64,000 nucleotides of DNA, taken from contig CM060733.1 in the NCBI GenBank assembly GCA_030704615.1, positions 28,086,001-28,150,000 on the forward strand. The letters run 5' to 3'. Origin of the DNA: Takakia lepidozioides (lineage: Eukaryota > Plantae > Bryophyta). A program made the position numbers and the translations under genes. Of the stretch, positions 60,541 to 64,000 are shown piece by piece. Under the pieces are notes generated by a model. The model made no database searches. It saw only the letters and a program-made list of their open reading frames with translations, and was not told the origin of the DNA. The stretch's first letter is position 1, and every line of letters starts with the position of its first letter.

Positions 60541-63500
60541 GCACTGGGACCCTGCACCTCTGTTCACCAACTTTCAAAATTTCGAGGCTGAGCCGAAAGC
60601 CCTGGTCCTGTCGGGGTCTAACTGCTGGGAGTGCATCAGGAACGAGGTCCCATGAAAGGAGGTCAAGGGTCCCCTAGACTCTCCGATGCACAAGGTATTA
60701 AGACCCCAGAGAAACACGCAAAAGAGTCCCGTGTCTATACCTTCCTTCGATTTCCCTACAGACAAGGGAGCCGTCACAGCCATCACTTGCGGCATTGCCA
60801 AAGTAAATGCCCATTTCAGCTCCACATCCTGACCGCTTACTCTGCTGCATGATGCGAAGCCTTGCGCCCTTTCGCCGCAAGAAGACGGGGATTTGGGCAT
60901 TGGTACTGCCTGCGAGCTCGGGAGACTGCCGAGGCACGGTGCCATGTGTGCGCTTCCATTAACCAGCCACCCCGAACCGATTTGTCCACTGTTGATGCAG
61001 TTTCTTCCCAGACCGAAACCAAGGCCTCTTTTGGCCTACACTACTGGCCCACAAACAGTGCTGTTTGCGTCCGAGATCAACTCAAAACTTGAAATCTCTC
61101 TCGATTCAAGGATGAAGTATGGCGTCCTGTTTGCACCTGTGGCAAGCTCCGAACCTGGCTAGCCCCTTTGATGCAAACGGAGGCAATAGTGTTTCTCCAA
61201 GAACACAAACTCGATAATAGGAAAATCGCCAGCCTGTCGGATCAGCTCTGGCCCTCAGACGCTGCCTTGGGGGAACCCTCATACGAAGGTTCGAAGGGGG
61301 GCACGGCAATTCTTCTCTCTCCATCTCTCAAACCCTTCCTTTTAGCTGTAGAATCATGGATGCCAGGCAGGATCCAATTCTGCTCTCTCAAGCTCCCAAA
61401 CGCCCCTGAAGCCATAGGGTTCATTAACATCTATGCTCCAACACAGCAGTGGAACGCTCATCCTTCTGGCAACTACTAAACCAAAAGATCGCAACCCATC
61501 CTGCTACTCTTTCTTGGGTGATGGCAGGGGATTTCAATATAGTTGAGAGCAAAACTGACAGAATAGGATCAGGTTCCAGCCAGCTCACTCAAGAAGAACA
61601 AGGACATTGGGAGGAATTGCTTCAAACACACAGTTTCACAGAGATCGATCATCCACCAGCCCACCATGGGGGACTTCACCTTGCCTTCACGTGGACGAAC
61701 AACCGCTCCCTCCAAGACATCTACATGGCCAGGCTAGATCGAATTTATGTCACCCTGGATATCTCGTACGGGACCTCAATTAATCCCCAAGAACCAATAG
61801 CGCAAGGTTTTGACCATGCCTGTGTTTCTGGCATAGTCTCTATGCCAATAGTAAGAAAGAAAGGTAGGGGCATTTATAGGCTCAACTCCAGCCACCTTAA
61901 ACTTCAGTCCTTCAAGCAGGGGCTAAAGAATGTTTGGTCTCAAAACGGAAACTGGATTCAATGCCCAATCCAAAGATTTTAAGCTAAGCTGCTGGCAGCT
62001 AGCAAAGAAAGCCAGACTATGAGTAGACAAATCACGATCGAACAGAAAAGAAAGGTTCAAGCTCTCAAGAAATGTCTAGGAGTCTGCCAAAAAAAGATTG
62101 AAACCGCTTCCTGTGATGAGCATACCTTCCATACTTACCTTGAAGCACGCCAAGAACTTGAATCCTATCAATTCCTTCAAGAACAGAGAATGCAAATGCA
62201 GGCGGGAATAAATTGGTCGGCCAAAGGCGAGAAAACGTCCAAGTATTTCTTTGAGAAAGTCAAACTACGCAAATCTCTTCAAAGATACAAGAATTTTACT
62301 CGGACAACCAGGGCCACTCCACCTCAAATCCTAGGGCTATGTGCAGTCTTGCATTCTCCCACTTTCAGAAACTCTTCCAGGAAGACACCAAAGACCCCTT
62401 GCACCATTCCAAATTGCAGGCATGCTTGCAAGTAGTGCCCCGCAAACTTCAACCAAAAGAATTCTCTTATCTAGGGGAGGACTTCACGGGTATGGAGCTT
62501 CAGGATGCACTGAACAAGATGAACAATAACAAAGCACCTGGCATCGATGGCATGCCAGTGGAGTTCTACAAAGCCCTCTGGTCACACATTGCGGTTGACT
62601 TTGCTGCTCTGGCTAATGCAATTAAAGCCCAGGGCCTGATGCCTCCTTCAATGTCCCATGGAGTCATTTCACTCTTGTTCAAAAAGGGCGACAGAGCTAG
62701 CATAAACAACTACAGGCCAATCACACTCCTCAATGTAGCATACAAGATAATTGCCAAAGCTCCGGCTCTTCGTATCCAGCCCCTTCTCCCTCAGCTTATC
62801 AGGACAGGACAGGCTGGTTTTATTAAAGGCCGAAGGTACATTCTTGACAACATCCTTTTGGCTCAAGAAGCCTCCTCATATGCTTCCAGAAACAACCAGG
62901 CCCTGGCCCTATGGTTGCTAGATTTTGAGAAAGCCTTCGACAAGGTAGATTGGACCTTCCTGCTGGTGGTTCTTCGAAAGACAGGCATCCCAGAAAACTT
63001 TTGTCAATGGGTTCAAATCCTTCTATACCAATCCACTAGCAGAGTCATGGTCAATGGCCATCTCTCCGCTCCTTTTTCTCTCCACAGGTCAGTTAGACAA
63101 GGACGCCCGTTGTCTCCCTTTCTTTTCTTGTTTGTGGCTGACACCCTAGGTTACCTGCTGGACTCTGAAGCTTCGGTGCAAGGCCTCAGGATAAAAAAAA
63201 CCCTAGGTCTGGGCTCCAAATCCAAGTAAAAGACTCTATGTTTGTTGACGATACATTTTTACTACTTGATGCCACCCCCAACACCCTATAGGCAGCCCAT
63301 GATACATTAACCTAGTTCTGTGAGGTCTCCGGCTTCAGGGTCAACTGGAGTAAGACCAATGCAATCTTGGTGGGAGACCTCGCACAATCGGAAATAGGCG
63401 ATAACCCCTCATGGGGGGCTGAAATAGGTCTAATATGGCTGGCATCGGGCGAGTCAACAACACTGCTGGGATACGCTTTTGGTAAAGACCTTACAGAGAA

Positions 63501-64000
63501 CCAAAGAATGGGGCCCATTCTAGCCATGCTCAAGAGAAAATTAACTTACCGGGGATCACGCTTTCTCTCCATTACAGGAAGAGCTTTGGTGGCAAACCAA
63601 GTGCTCGAGGCAGGCATTTGGTACTTTGCCTCCACTTGGGGCCTGGATTCGTTGTTCCTAAACGAGGTTAAAAGATGCGTGAGAAACTTCATTTGGGAGC
63701 AAACTGTTCAACACAGAACAAAAGACCCCAGGTGTCATGGAGGCAAATTGCCTCCCAAAGAAGAGGGGGGGTTTAGGTATCTTGGACCCAGAAATGCAAA
63801 TCCACGCTTTGCTGGGCAAATGGCTGCCCAGATTTCTAGGGCCCGAAGGCGGGTGGTGGAAGCTTCTGGTGGAAGAAAACATAGCATTTACCTCACCTCT
63901 CCTGAGCACTCACTGGAAACAATCCACCGGGTGGATAACCCAGGGATTCAATCACAAATCAGTGGGATCGCCTTTATGGAAATCTATTTGGAAAGCCTGG
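60541..64000 (+). mobile_element. L1-clade LINE, degenerate, running off the window
   Basis: APE endonuclease (FLQEHK, INIYAP, AGDFN, RLDRIY, DH) and RT (KAPGIDG, YRPITLLN, LDFEKAFDKV, RQGRPLSP, FVDD). The 5' boundary is approximate, next to a (CT)n tract. Confidence 0.9.

Overview
Repeat-rich nuclear DNA, most likely from a non-seed land plant that performs organellar C-to-U editing (inferred from a regular PLS-DYW PPR gene, a 4-intron UGT and fungal-like chromoviruses). Positions 1-28.4 kb are a nested TE stack. A degenerate Ty3/Gypsy chromovirus (family B) is interrupted by a second chromovirus (family A), a 2.6 kb TG..CA element, a 14.4 kb TIR element and a rearranged family A copy. Positions 29.6-64 kb hold an intact 5-exon UDP-glycosyltransferase, a broken UGT paralogue, two Copia elements, LINEs, SINEs and a DYW-PPR editing factor. 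The standout is the 14,367 bp element at 8939-23305, with 30 bp TIRs and a TGTA 4 bp TSD whose removal restores the host integrase frame. It carries a truncated transposase-like gene and a divergent spliced cargo: an RNA Pol II CTD-like YSP repeat, a ParB/Srx-like domain joined to a degenerate amino-methyltransferase-like domain, SP repeats and three FCP1/NIF HAD phosphatase-like domains. About 12 copies of a 24 bp palindrome, AAC(C/G)TC(C/G)ACT-N4-AGT(G/C)GA(G/C)GTT, occur only inside this element and outside its inferred exons, resembling parS sites. This copy is decayed. Domain calls come from motif recognition by eye, not from database searches.
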